This document shows, in pieces, positions 11,801-21,223 of a stretch of 64,000 nucleotides of DNA (its first letter is position 1; every line of letters starts with the position of its first letter). Source of the DNA: an uncultured Candidatus Cloacimonadota bacterium (GTDB lineage Bacteria; Cloacimonadota; Cloacimonadia; Cloacimonadales; TCS61); assembly GCA_964521025.1 (NCBI GenBank), contig CAZFPK010000001.1, positions 92,845-156,844 on the forward strand. The letters run 5' to 3'. Made by a program: the position numbers and the translations under genes. The notes below the pieces were generated by a model that saw only the letters and a program-made list of their open reading frames with translations, was not told the origin of the DNA and ran no database searches.

Positions 11801-12731
11801 CGACTGATCCGACAGTCATAATATTTTTGGCAGTAGATATTTGCGGTAGACAATCCCAATCTCCATCCGGATCGCGAGCAGCAGTACTCCAGACCCAACC
11901 GCCACCGCTCCAAACCCAATGACCTCCGTTATGATCATCATCGCGGTCATTGCTGGCAGCTTTGAAGATCAGGTATTCCGGGGCATCATGCGCAATTTGA
12001 TCCCAATCTTCAGCAGAATCATCATAAAATCCAAACAAATAATCTTCGGTGGCACTTACACCGGTATTTCCCCACCAAAACCAGGCACCATCCCAATTCC
12101 AACCTCGATTCCAGGAATAAGAATGGTTGGAAATAAGCAGATCATCATCAGCGGCAGCAGTAGCCATTTCAGCATCATCATCATCCCAATCATAAGAATC
12201 GAGGTCTGCTTCGAATGCCATTCCCTGAGCATTAGCATCTTGACCTTCTGCAATCAAAGTTCCTCCGACATGAGTAGAATGCCAATGAGTTGCTACTGCA
12301 TCTCGATGCGTAACTCTGGTTCCTCCTACTCCATCATCGAATTCCACATGAGTCGTAAGAACAGTCCCTTGATCCCATTCCCCAATCAGGAAACCATCAC
12401 CGGATAGATTCAAACCGGTTCCTCCTCCTGTCCATAATTCGTCTGTTTCAATCGTTCTGGCTGAATTCAGATTGGAAGTAATGTAATACTCAGGCATCCC
12501 GTTTTTGCTCAAACGCATCAATTCCATACTGAATTCACCTTCCCGGTCAATCGTCACCGGAAAGTTTTTCTCCTTTGCGACTCTTAATGCTTCTTCTTTT
12601 TGCCGGGTGTATTTATCGTGGAGTTCACGAGAAAGTTCCAGCAATTTCCGGTCATTATTTTTCTCTGAAAATAACAGACCGGGAATTAAAAGAAGCAATA
12701 CAATGCAAAAAAACAAATAGTTTTTTTTCAT
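5823..12731 (-). CDS. Large secreted S8 (subtilisin-like) protease with repetitive beta-rich passenger, CARDB-like and small C-terminal domain
   Basis: Signal peptide; catalytic WDQG, HSTHVGGT, GTSMSSP; DDGRIKPD; repeated GDWTNN units; PDLEIT..NNGN..EGNN CARDB. Confidence 0.9.
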   Translation of the reverse strand: MKKNYLFFCIVLLLLIPGLLFSEKNNDRKLLELSRELHDKYTRQKEEALRVAKEKNFPVTIDREGEFSMELMRLSKNGMPEYYITSNLNSARTIETDELWTGGGTGLNLSGDGFLIGEWDQGTVLTTHVEFDDGVGGTRVTHRDAVATHWHSTHVGGTLIAEGQDANAQGMAFEADLDSYDWDDDDAEMATAAADDDLLISNHSYSWNRGWNWDGAWFWWGNTGVSATEDYLFGFYDDSAEDWDQIAHDAPEYLIFKAASNDRDDDHNGGHWVWSGGGWVWSTAARDPDGDWDCLPQISTAKNIMTVGSVEQIPGGWTAPGDVVASDFTSWGPCDDGRIKPDIVADGDWLYSTDDDNNTDYQWVGGTSMSSPAAAGSAALLQEYYENLNGDYMLAATLKGLIINTADEAGPNDGPDYMFGWGLMNSEEAVDLITADNTLSALIDENNLSNGETEEYHYYCDGTEDINVTICWTDPAGTPPAAAVDPNDVMLVNDLDLRIFSIYPTTTYYPWQCDPANPANAATQNSDNDIDNVEQVFIDNPAAGYYRVQISHEGNIAPGQDYSLIVSGMESHEINTWTGAYNYYWHNDNNWSFGHIPLPAEDVLITSNGYYPPRVDIYDEECNTLKIEAGAALEIRDQTLEINGDFTILGELEMNDAAGVLYAYEDVIWESGSTADISANAVIWVYGNWDFRSGANVHLDDGIVDFAGSDNKYIRSYEENCYFNDLGSYKTGGSYIAVSGLSDETLNIHEDLYIHPNAKFNSYSHYSIVLQGYFYNNNHFNFEYGTFVFDGTSHSITSNAGDHFNNLTISSSGNTSLSDNLNVNNDLLIESGALVTNDYQIELGGDWTNNVGAGGFVEGAGTVIFNGSDGHQYCSNETFNILEIDKPSAAFRLNGTTVTCASYDWTSGALDVLSGTFTANDLADNGLYGSYYVNTSGTINLHQDGSSWIDLEGSLTFTGGGTINVYGGSLDSYWAYTNDASITMNGGILDFINQGIYLQDNGNTLTDIISGGTIRTAEGFRGNITNFNPTGGTIECYGTTDGNMSMGAGSNFFDIHINKSARSGNEDARQQYIEVVERDGTITRRERANTITATTDLDINGDFVIDAGIFDTNGFDLYVAGDWENNVGDAGFIEGTQKVVFDGANAADILTNETFYDLHLDKTYAGYMGLETGSGDDDGVDISILNNLRLYDGTMELNNPTNISIGNELNISNGATLNANDSGTINISVVEDWFDSNTSGGFDAGSNSIVTFNGTTPGAVQVVEENDYFNDIVINSAASWVRPESTAPTIYCNNMNIVAGRLRLVTYNVIVDELMTISDILDMSFPEDTLIVNDIVWESGSSDIVTDGKIFVSGDWTFNDGTNAQLGTGNTVYFDGSDSQFIYCMDSNAEFGDLTIDMPSMATWIHSSSTETMRVAGDMTVTADDVFQVETSDLLIEGTLDIEDTGTMYLEDVGGTMTNNSDFTLNGELNIDGGDVLIHGEFELAATGILTIDSGTFISDGPLSRGWQYFYGELNLSDGLLEITNNHIAIESSFIDNISGGIIRTGGTFFADELNTFQPSGGTMEFTALIELTYIHCSNGNYLYNMLVNGSNEFNVHNDLIVQNDLIIDAGSLDTNGHDIDVGGDWTNNVGDLGFLEGTQTVTFFGGDFSDIETDETFYNLIVDKTIPHVEAVEIQSYRTVNVTNDLNILNRTLDMNIGSTLHIGNDLTIALDAGLSAYYGTGLNISVGGDWTNNNITYDSYIGFNPGTSTVTFDGAADQFLTTGCAQEDFYDLVIDNSGGNFRSWDNVQVYDDLTINDGSWQDNTPYLTHYVQGDFTVAAGAGWIGDTTYNTIVFKGTADQDVTFDPPTTDGSFHDVLIDKTVSRIISSDSNKEKITGTEFRENENSRSMQVTLLTDVVSSANASLIIDEGTLDLNGHYFRCTGDVTINDGGILSIDDNAWLEVGGGDVLTVNNGGTLELNGSAGNEAILTHHSDYYDLNIESGGTIIADFGIFQYMSLNGVYIKNGAIVDATDSFNNCTFQNGEPGGTLLRIDNGQTFTADNVSFPTNTWGGASNVMKSFDQGEVTFTNATGDFAGPVYEDDAFERIHWDGFGPDLEITNVVWTDANPYVCDEITATITVYNNGNIDIPAGDGFYVDIYYDPGAPPSLYDIGDQYEWIDVGVPAGNFVEVEFDIIYDVAESWDSYVQVDTEEDILELDEGNNIWGPDAITWNALPAIDDLTIQENAGNIELSWTYPTTVDYFNIYKSSDPYDFSGVIPDTSPVTSYSEPAGAKLFYQVTAVRNCVPTLILGNEEVKERKK

Positions 12732-13016
12732 AACTACCTCCTAATTTTGTGTACTTGTTAACAAATTTTTAACCCCGATACCTCTACTTTGTGATATAAT
12801 GCTCAATTCACAATCTAGGCAAAATTTCTCCGAGAGTCATTTTACTGTCAATAAAAAAAAAGAATATATCATTTTTAAAAGACATTAAACCTGAAATTTG
12901 GATATTACAAAGCAATTCTGTTTGACAAATATAAACCCTTCCAGATTTTCGTCGCAATTTTTGAGAAATCTTATTTCATCCGGATTTCATGATAAGAGAA
13001 TATAAAAGGAGTGTAA

Positions 13017-13703
13017 ATGAAAGACGCCAGGAAAAAAATTAAAGTCTATCTTTTGGGTGAGCTTTTTGAAGTTCCGGAAGGTTCGACAATTATTACTGCC
13101 CTGGAATATGTCGGATTCCAACTGAAGCGAGGAGTCGGCTGCAGGGAGGGTTATTGCGGAGCATGTGCCACTGTTTACAGAGAAAAAGGTGAATATAAAA
13201 TAAACGGTGGACTTGCCTGTCAGACAGTTGTAACAGACGGTATGACCATTACGCAAATCCCATTTGTTCCATCGGATAAACCGGTATATGATATCGAAAA
13301 ACTATCTCCCGATGTTAATGCTTTTAAAGAACTTTTCCCCAGTGTTTTCCGATGTGTTGCCTGTAATACCTGTACTAAGGTATGCCCTCAAGAAATTCAA
13401 GTCATAGATTATATACAGGCAATCATCCGCGACGACCTGGAAGAAGCCGCTCAACTTTCATTCGATTGTATTAGATGCGGATTGTGTGCTTTACGATGTC
13501 CGGCAGAGATCGTTCAATTCAATATTGCCACTTTAGCTCAGCGATTATATGGAAAATATTTAGCAAAGAAAAGCCCCGAACTCGACAAAAGGATCAAGGA
13601 AATGGAAGAAAGAAGATATGACGAAGAAATAAATGAACTAAAAAGCAAAGACATCGTTCCTTTAACAAAACAATATTTTGAAAGACATATCAAGATATAT
13701 TAA
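13017..13703 (+). CDS. Fe-S subunit of succinate dehydrogenase/fumarate reductase type ([2Fe-2S] plus two [4Fe-4S])
   Basis: GCREGYCGAC..LAC; CVACNTCTKVCP; CIRCGLCALRCP. Confidence 0.85.
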   Translation: MKDARKKIKVYLLGELFEVPEGSTIITALEYVGFQLKRGVGCREGYCGACATVYREKGEYKINGGLACQTVVTDGMTITQIPFVPSDKPVYDIEKLSPDVNAFKELFPSVFRCVACNTCTKVCPQEIQVIDYIQAIIRDDLEEAAQLSFDCIRCGLCALRCPAEIVQFNIATLAQRLYGKYLAKKSPELDKRIKEMEERRYDEEINELKSKDIVPLTKQYFERHIKIY

Positions 13704-13724
13704 TAAATTAATCAAGGAGTAATT

Positions 13725-15395
13725 ATGTATCCTGCATATATGATGAAATCTATCAAAAAAGTAGAAAGAACAAGAGCCAAACGACTGAAATTAGCAGAAA
13801 AACTAGGCAAAGAAGTATTTCCCGCCATGAACGAAGAAACCCAGAATGATATTCTAAGTAAATACCATCCCGATTATACTCCGGGAGCAAGAAAAGAGAT
13901 CAGGATCGGACCGAACAAAGGTGAACAATTAACAAGTGATGTCGTTAATTTGCTGGAATCTTATCCCCGGAATAAAGTAAAAGATTTCGATCTAAAAAAA
14001 GTCGATTATGAAACAGATATGCTTATTATCGGAGCAGGTTCTGCCGGTCTCGCGGCAGCTCTGGAAGCATCCAATAATGGAGCAAGTTCCCTGGTCATTA
14101 CAAAACTAAGACTTGGTGATGCCAATTCTATGATGGCTCAAGGCGGGATCCAGGCAGCGGATCAACCGGATGACAGTCCTGCCATTCATTATCTTGATGC
14201 GATCGGCGGAGGTCATTTCGATAATAAACCGGAATTGGTCGAAGCATTGGTAAAAGACGGTCCGAAATCGATAAAATGGTTGGAAGAACTGGGAGTGATG
14301 TTCGACAAAAACCCGGATGGTTCGATGATGGTCAAATCCGGGGGAGGAACGAGCAGGAACAGGATGCATTCAGGCAGGGATTATACAGGAGCAGCTATTT
14401 GTCGTGTTCTCCGCGATGAGGTTTACAATCGACCCGGTAAGATCAGATTTATCCAATATACAGCAGCTACGGAATTGATCCTCGATGATAAAGGACAGGT
14501 TGCAGGAGCTATAGTTTATCACATGGAAACAAAAAAATATGCCCTTATTAAAGCAAAAACCGTGATCATCTCCACCGGTGGATTTGGCAGGCTTCATATC
14601 CGCAACTTTGAAACAACAAATCATTATGGAGCAACTGCCGATGGACTGGTTCTCGCTTATCGAGCCGGAGTTAAACTACTTTATATGGATTCTGTTCAAT
14701 ATCATCCGACGGGAGCAGTATATCCTGAACAAATAGTTGGTTTTCTCTGCACTGAAAAAATACGTGGTTTGGGAGCTCAACCTGTTAATAAAAACGGCGA
14801 ACTTTTTGTCTATCCTCTCGAACCAAGAGATATAGAAGCATCCTCATTTATCCGGGAATGTGCTAACGATATGGGAATAGAGACTCCTTCAGGTCTGAAA
14901 GGAATCTGGTTGGATTCTCCTTTGATAGAAAAACTAAGCGGTGAAGGTACTATAGAAAAAAATCTCCCGGCTATGTTCAGACAATTTAACAGGTTCGATA
15001 TCGATATCAGGAAATATCCCATGTTGGTTTATCCAACTCTTCATTATCAAAACGGCGGCATCGAGATAAATGAAAAAGCAGAAACAACTATCTCCGGATT
15101 ATATGTAGCAGGAGAAGCTTCCGGAGGTGTTCACGGCAGGAACCGCTTGATGGGAAATTCACAACTCGACTTGATCGTGTTCGGGAGAAGAGCCGGAAAA
15201 AATGCTGCGGAAAAAGTGAAAGAAGGGATAAAACATGGAAAATTATCTCTCGATCATGTTACTGCTTATTCCAGAGAAGTAAAAAAAATCGGAATCGATA
15301 AAGATAAAATCTCGCCAATCATCCTCCCTGATTATATCCCAGATCATGTGAAAGCGAAACAACTGACACTTAAATATTTCGGAACTTTAACATAG
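13725..15395 (+). CDS. Succinate dehydrogenase/fumarate reductase family flavoprotein
   Basis: GAGSAG, AQGG, QYHPTG, HYQNGG, HGRNRLMGNS. Confidence 0.88.
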   Translation: MYPAYMMKSIKKVERTRAKRLKLAEKLGKEVFPAMNEETQNDILSKYHPDYTPGARKEIRIGPNKGEQLTSDVVNLLESYPRNKVKDFDLKKVDYETDMLIIGAGSAGLAAALEASNNGASSLVITKLRLGDANSMMAQGGIQAADQPDDSPAIHYLDAIGGGHFDNKPELVEALVKDGPKSIKWLEELGVMFDKNPDGSMMVKSGGGTSRNRMHSGRDYTGAAICRVLRDEVYNRPGKIRFIQYTAATELILDDKGQVAGAIVYHMETKKYALIKAKTVIISTGGFGRLHIRNFETTNHYGATADGLVLAYRAGVKLLYMDSVQYHPTGAVYPEQIVGFLCTEKIRGLGAQPVNKNGELFVYPLEPRDIEASSFIRECANDMGIETPSGLKGIWLDSPLIEKLSGEGTIEKNLPAMFRQFNRFDIDIRKYPMLVYPTLHYQNGGIEINEKAETTISGLYVAGEASGGVHGRNRLMGNSQLDLIVFGRRAGKNAAEKVKEGIKHGKLSLDHVTAYSREVKKIGIDKDKISPIILPDYIPDHVKAKQLTLKYFGTLT

Positions 15396-15699
15396 AAAAC
15401 CATCCTGCTATCCTACTTTTATTCTGGTAATGGTGGGGGTAAAATATACAAGAATGATTTAGTTTAACACTTCAGTATCGGAATATTTTGTCCGTTTGAA
15501 TAGGACACTTTATTTACAGCTCTTAATAACACTGGTTTCCTAGAAAAACAGATATTGTTATTCAATCCATACTCCGAAGTTCAGCGAAGAATGAATAAGG
15601 AACTCGTTTTGGGACAAGACACCCGTCGAAATAAAAGAATTATTAAATGACCAAGAACCAAACTTACGATTTTGAAACAGGATAAATTCTCTATCAACA

Positions 15700-16269
15700 C
15701 TACCATTCATTTCCGTTAATATCAAAATCCGAATCACGCCATTCGGAAACCGACATTTTCGCCGGATAGATCATTTTTATACAAGAATCATCTTTATCTT
15801 TTTCATTGTTCTGATTGGTGAAATAAAAAGTGTTATTAACTTCAATCCAACCTAATTTTAGATAAAATCCCGATACTTGAGGTCCACAAAAAAGCAATCC
15901 ATAATCGAATTTCTGACTCTCGATTAAATATTCCTGGGCTTCAAGCATACATAATTTTGCTGCTCCAAAACCTCGATATTCCGGTAAAGAACAGACATTT
16001 CCAATCCCACCGATAAATAAATTTCTCTTGAAATTGGAAATCTCTCGGTTGTGTAACCAAGTAACTGCAATAACTTTTGAATTAATGAGAGTAACAAACC
16101 AGATATCTTTTTCTAATGGTTGTGTATTTGTCCATCTTCGATGTTGAAAAATCTTAACATCCGGAAAGGCTCGAGATAAAACATTTCTTATCTGTTTGTC
16201 GATATCGGGTGGAAGATTTTTTTCTAAATAGTATTTGGTGATGAATGATTTGTTTTTCAGTTTATTCAC
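15700..16269 (-). CDS. GNAT N-acetyltransferase
   Basis: GGIGNVCSLPEYRGFG, FYLKLGW. Confidence 0.85.
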   Translation of the reverse strand: MNKLKNKSFITKYYLEKNLPPDIDKQIRNVLSRAFPDVKIFQHRRWTNTQPLEKDIWFVTLINSKVIAVTWLHNREISNFKRNLFIGGIGNVCSLPEYRGFGAAKLCMLEAQEYLIESQKFDYGLLFCGPQVSGFYLKLGWIEVNNTFYFTNQNNEKDKDDSCIKMIYPAKMSVSEWRDSDFDINGNEW

Positions 16270-17314
16270 CCTCTCTTTTGTTCTCCAATTTCCCCAAAGG
16301 CATAATATAAAGCGGTTCTTCCTCTCTGGTCATATTAATAGCCAACTTCACTTTCAGATCATCGAAAGCACCAACAGCGCAGGTTCCAATATTCAATGAC
16401 ACTACTTGCAGATAAACATTCTGAGCGGAGTGACCGAGATCCATACAAACATAGCGCTCTCTACCCCGCTCTCCGTATCGTTGCGTAGTTCGTTTGAATA
16501 TGGCAGAATAAACAAGCGAAGCAGGTGCATCTCTTATCATTTCCTGATGATATGCGGCTTTGTATAACTCATTCCGTTTATCATCATCTGAAATCTTCAG
16601 CAGTTTATGACCATCAGGTTTGTATTTGTAGATTCCGACCGGCAGGTGGGTCACATTTTTAACAACAACATAGATTTCTAACGGATAAGTTGCACCGGCA
16701 GAAGGTGCGGTTTTCAATCCTCCGCGTAATTGTTCCGGCATTCCTTCCTCATAAAAGGTTACACCATAAGCAGCCCAGAAAATTTGGGAGATTTCTTTGA
16801 TTGTCAAAGGTTCTTCCGTATAACTCCTGATCGACCTTCTCTCCAATAAAGTTTCTTCGATGGAAGTATTGCTGAAATAATCCGGTTCGGGTAAATTGAT
16901 AATCTCATTCTCCGGATGTTTTTTCGGAAGATCATCTTCCAGTTTACTCAATTTGTTTTGAAGTTGAGCAACCAGATTCTTGAATTGCATATTCTTTTGT
17001 AATGACTCCAAATCTTTATCCTCCTGTAGCCAGTTCACGTCCAACCAACCGGTTTCTATCGCTTTTTCCAGGTTTGATAATGCTTTCTCATTATTTCCAA
17101 TCAAAGCCCAACAGCTGGCAACATTATAAAAATCTTCCCTGCTGGGATTTCCTATTTTGAAGGCTTCTTCGGATAATTCTGCTGCTTTCAGATATTTTTT
17201 CTGATTGTATAAAGATGTTGCTTCGGTCATCATCTCTACATAAGATTTTGCATCAAGATCAGAAAAAACAAAACAAACAAGAAAAGCAATAAATGACAAT
17301 CTGAATTTCATCAT
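16262..17314 (-). CDS. Signal peptide + TPR + SagB/ThcOx-type nitroreductase fusion
   Basis: FYNVASCWALIG..KAL..LEKAI (TPR); RRSIRSY, APSAGATYPLE, DLGHSAQN, VGAFDD. Confidence 0.85.
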   Translation of the reverse strand: MMKFRLSFIAFLVCFVFSDLDAKSYVEMMTEATSLYNQKKYLKAAELSEEAFKIGNPSREDFYNVASCWALIGNNEKALSNLEKAIETGWLDVNWLQEDKDLESLQKNMQFKNLVAQLQNKLSKLEDDLPKKHPENEIINLPEPDYFSNTSIEETLLERRSIRSYTEEPLTIKEISQIFWAAYGVTFYEEGMPEQLRGGLKTAPSAGATYPLEIYVVVKNVTHLPVGIYKYKPDGHKLLKISDDDKRNELYKAAYHQEMIRDAPASLVYSAIFKRTTQRYGERGRERYVCMDLGHSAQNVYLQVVSLNIGTCAVGAFDDLKVKLAINMTREEEPLYIMPLGKLENKREGE

Positions 17315-17327
17315 TCCCTCCTTTTTT

Positions 17328-19529
17328 TTACTGCATATTAAAAGTATAACTCACCTTCAAAAAATAAGTCATCATATCTTCCTGAAAACGCAGCATCTTT
17401 TGAAGATGTTGTTGATTTTGCGAATCCCATATCGTTCCTTCATAATCTTCATCATACCAACTATTCGATGCTCCCAGATAAACAGCAGCATTGGCACTCG
17501 GTTTATAGGTGAAGAGCGGATAGAGATTTATTCTTTGATATTGGTAATCATCAACCTGAATGTCGTTGTTCGTCAGTTGCAGGATAGCTCTTATCCAGAA
17601 ATTTTTATGAAATTGCAGTTTCAGTTTTGTCTCGTAAGTTCGTGCGATGTAAAATGTTTTTGATTCGTGATAACGCTGCTTGAATTCCAATTCAATATTG
17701 TTGGAAGGTCGGAGACCAAGAGTTGTTTCGTATTTCTGATAATCTGCTGTTTCTCCCTGATCATAACCGTAAAAAAGATTCTGACCATCCACAAGAAGTA
17801 AAACAAGTTTGAGTTGTTTAAGTGGTTCATATTCCGAGTAAAACCAGGGATAATACATATAAAAATCTTCTCCCAGGTAGTTTTCCATTTGATACTCAAA
17901 ACCAGTCCAAATATTCATTTTGTTCTAAAAAACTCCTCCGCCCATTATTTCCCAGTAAAATGATTTGATGTCATTAAAATTGAAATCATATTTGATATTT
18001 TGCGTGGAAGCAAATTCCAGGTAACGGATAAAATCCTGATCGGTTTTTGCATGAACTTGATACTCGGTTCTGTTGGTGAAAAAATTGAAATCCCTTTCCG
18101 TTACAAAACCAAGATCAGCAGCAAAATCTACTGTAATTGCTTTTGTTTCAAAATTGATGAACCATTTGCTGTTATAAAAATCGAGATCAAAAGCATGAGC
18201 ATATCCTTTTTTCTGCTCGATCTCTCCATTTTCCGTTTCCATTTCGCTGGAACTGATAACAACCTGACCGTCACAATTGAAAAGATCCAGAAAGCGGTGG
18301 TTTGTGTCCAGACTAACAACATAATTTTCAAATACTTTGAATTTGCGGAAAGTACCGGCTACTCGTAAGAAGGAATTCCCTTCCCGGAATTTGCGATTGA
18401 AAGTAGCGAAACCGAAAGGAGTATCTGTTGTTCCTTCAAATCCGAAACGAGAACCTTCCGCTTTTTCATCGACTGCACCGAGAGCATAAACTGTTGTCTT
18501 CCCGAACGAACCGGAAAGTTTTGCACCATATTTCGGGTCAACAATCTGCCTTGTATGAAAGATGTTGATATCTGTTCGGAAAGGATTTGTCTCCTCGATG
18601 AAAAAAGGTCTTTTTTCCGGAAAATATCGCGGGTAACGGAGATTCACATCGACTTCGAGTTGGTCTGCTTCAATCGTATTAAAATCAGGATTTATGGTTG
18701 CGTTCAAGGTCAGGTTGGAGTTCGGTTCAAAAAAGATATTCAATTCGGGTTCAAAATCTTTCTCGGAAGTTTTTGTTTCGATATTATAACCAAGAGAATC
18801 GGGAAATATTATTTTATCTTCCGAAAAAGTTCCAATCGCTGACGGAATAACCTTCAAATTCATCTTTGTGGGAAGTTCCTCGAACTGGAAAATTCCATAA
18901 TTATCATAAAAATTCCCGCCTCCTCGTTTGACGGGAAAACTTGTTATCTCTTCATTCCTTTCCGGAATAGTTCTTTTCAGGAATCCGCCCCAGCTGACAT
19001 TTTTCCCGCTTTTATATTTCAGACTTTTTAAAGGAATAGCGATCTCGACCAGCCAACCGAAATCCGTTCTGCTGCCGCTCGATTCGAAATAAAAATCGAT
19101 GGTGGGATCGATATCTTCGATGACGATTCCGTCCGCTTGTTCCCCATTAGCATTGGCAACGACATAATATGCCCTGTCATTTGAGTGAAATGTATCGAGG
19201 AAGAGAAACACTCTATCCGTAGTGTAAATCGCATCTCTCTGACAATGATGATAACGGATGAGAGATTTGTCCTGCATATAACACTTTGCCAGAGCGTAAA
19301 TATTTTTATCATCATAACCGAGATAGAATTCCGTTTTTTCCGAAGGTTCGGTGTTGTCTCCGGGAGTGGTTTGAAAGAATTTATCCCGCTGAATTGATTT
19401 ATCCCATTCGTTCGCCGAGATTTTTCCATCTATGATGGGAGGAGTTGTTAGTTTTGGGATTTGGAAGTGTTCTTTGGCATTTAAGCAACATATTGAAAAT
19501 ATGAGAAATAAAAGAATTGTTGTTTTCAT
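17328..19529 (-). pseudogene. DUF5916/CBM9-like outer-membrane protein interrupted by one in-frame TAG at 17925-17927
   Basis: ORFs 17925-19529 and 17328-17918 share a frame (GGVF*NKMNIW); INPDFNTIEAD..EKRPFF; C-terminal YFLKVSYTF like the paralogue at 30805. Confidence 0.75.
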
Positions 19530-19891
19530 TTTATCTCACTCGAATCCTCTTTTTGAAGCGCAATAACCGCGTTAATGCATAACACCGAAGTCGTTTTCAT
19601 ATCTAAAATAACACGGTTATTTTACTCCATATCGAATTTGTGAAGTCTTTGATACTTACCAAATTTCAATTCATCTTAAAAAATTCAAATCCAGCAGTTG
19701 CCTGATTGGTAAGTTTTTCTCAATCAAGATGATTGAGTTACTTTCTCAACAGGATTGTTTGAGTTACATTTACCCTGAAAATCCTGTTATCCTATCTAAT
19801 CTCTAATGCTTTTTTAAAGTTATTCTCAATTCGACGCTTCAGACTTCACTTCGTTTCGCCTTGACAGGTCGCTTTGAAGTCGAGTCTAACT

Positions 19892-21223
19892 TTAGCCAGG
19901 ACTCACGGAAAGATTTGTTTTCAATCCAGCATCCTCACCTTTTCCGGAGACAGTCAAACCCTCGAACTTAATCCAAGGATAGAGATGATAGCCGGAATTC
20001 ACTCTTTCGGATGAGATTTGTTTGATATTCTTCAGCATCTCGACCAGATTTCCGGAAACCATTGTTTCGCTGATGGGATATTTTATCTCGCCGTTTTCGA
20101 TGTAATAACTGTTCTTGGCAACTCCGCTGAAATCACCGTTATCGCTGGGATTTCCTCCGCTGAAACGACAAAGCAGGATTCCCTGTCTGGTTGATTTGAT
20201 GATTTCTTCATAAGAAACATCTCCCGGTTCGATAATGTAGTTTCCTCCCATATTAACTGCCTTAGGAAGTCCGGTTTTTTTGGAGCCGTAAAGTCCCAGG
20301 AGGAATGTTTTCAGAATTCCTTTATCGATGACGGTGCTGTCTTTTGCTTCAAAGCCGTCCGGAGTAACGAAATAATTAGCAGCCAGTTCTTTTGATAAAG
20401 GTTTTGAGTGCAAAGTGAACCTGCTATCTGCGATCACTTTTTTCAATTTGTCTTTATAAACCGAAGTTTTCGTAATGAGCGGGTAATCATAAAGATAGCG
20501 AGTAATGCTGCCGATAATATCATCCATACAATCGGGAGTAATGATCACATTTCCGACGAATTTTTCCGGGATCGGATGCGTTTCGGTTTGTTCGGAAGAC
20601 TGCTGCATTAACCTGTCGAAAGATGCTAATTCTTTGAATGGTTTATCCAGATCTTTGGTTAGAGCAAAAGAATAATTGAAGGAAGAAGTTTTCTTTCCCT
20701 TCTTGGTCGTGAACATCGCCACAAAAGTATAAAGACTGTTTCGGGTAGTGAATTCTACTCCATTGGAATTAATGAATTTACTATTCCTTTTGGTGAAATC
20801 AAAGATCAATTCTTCCAGTATTGTGTCCGGATAAGTTTCTTTTGCCCAAGCCATAAATTCGGTCATGCGGGAATACATTTTGTCCAGATCCGGTTTTTCC
20901 GGCCCGGAAGAAAATTCCTTTGCCGGCTGTTTTTCGGAAATATCGTTTGCCGGATCCGGCTGGGAAGACTCCGCCAGTTCGATAACCTGCTTCACTGCTG
21001 CATCTACAGGTCGTTTATCGAGTTTGTTGATGGTAGTCGAGCCTTTCTTATCCTGCAGAATTCCGGTCAAAGAGAGATTATTATTGAAAGTAGTGCGGAA
21101 AAGACTGATTTCTCCAGCTACCACATTCAGTTCGTGTTTTTCACTTTTTGTGAGAGAACACTGGACTTTTTCCGCTCCTGATTTGAACAGAGATTCTTGA
21201 GCATATTTGAGTATGTTTTCCAT
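19892..21223 (-). CDS. pmbA: TldE/PmbA family protein
   Basis: Follows tldD; NGDFSG..IENGEIKYPISETMVSGN. Confidence 0.85.
   Translation of the reverse strand: MENILKYAQESLFKSGAEKVQCSLTKSEKHELNVVAGEISLFRTTFNNNLSLTGILQDKKGSTTINKLDKRPVDAAVKQVIELAESSQPDPANDISEKQPAKEFSSGPEKPDLDKMYSRMTEFMAWAKETYPDTILEELIFDFTKRNSKFINSNGVEFTTRNSLYTFVAMFTTKKGKKTSSFNYSFALTKDLDKPFKELASFDRLMQQSSEQTETHPIPEKFVGNVIITPDCMDDIIGSITRYLYDYPLITKTSVYKDKLKKVIADSRFTLHSKPLSKELAANYFVTPDGFEAKDSTVIDKGILKTFLLGLYGSKKTGLPKAVNMGGNYIIEPGDVSYEEIIKSTRQGILLCRFSGGNPSDNGDFSGVAKNSYYIENGEIKYPISETMVSGNLVEMLKNIKQISSERVNSGYHLYPWIKFEGLTVSGKGEDAGLKTNLSVSPG

Noticed and set aside
6140-12720. Many short ORFs overlapping the S8 gene, and similar nested ORFs elsewhere
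   Set aside because: Antisense or alternate-frame shadows of long motif-bearing genes
15396-15699. Possible ncRNA or gene remnant between convergent genes
   Set aside because: Only a weak hairpin and short broken frames; nothing assignable
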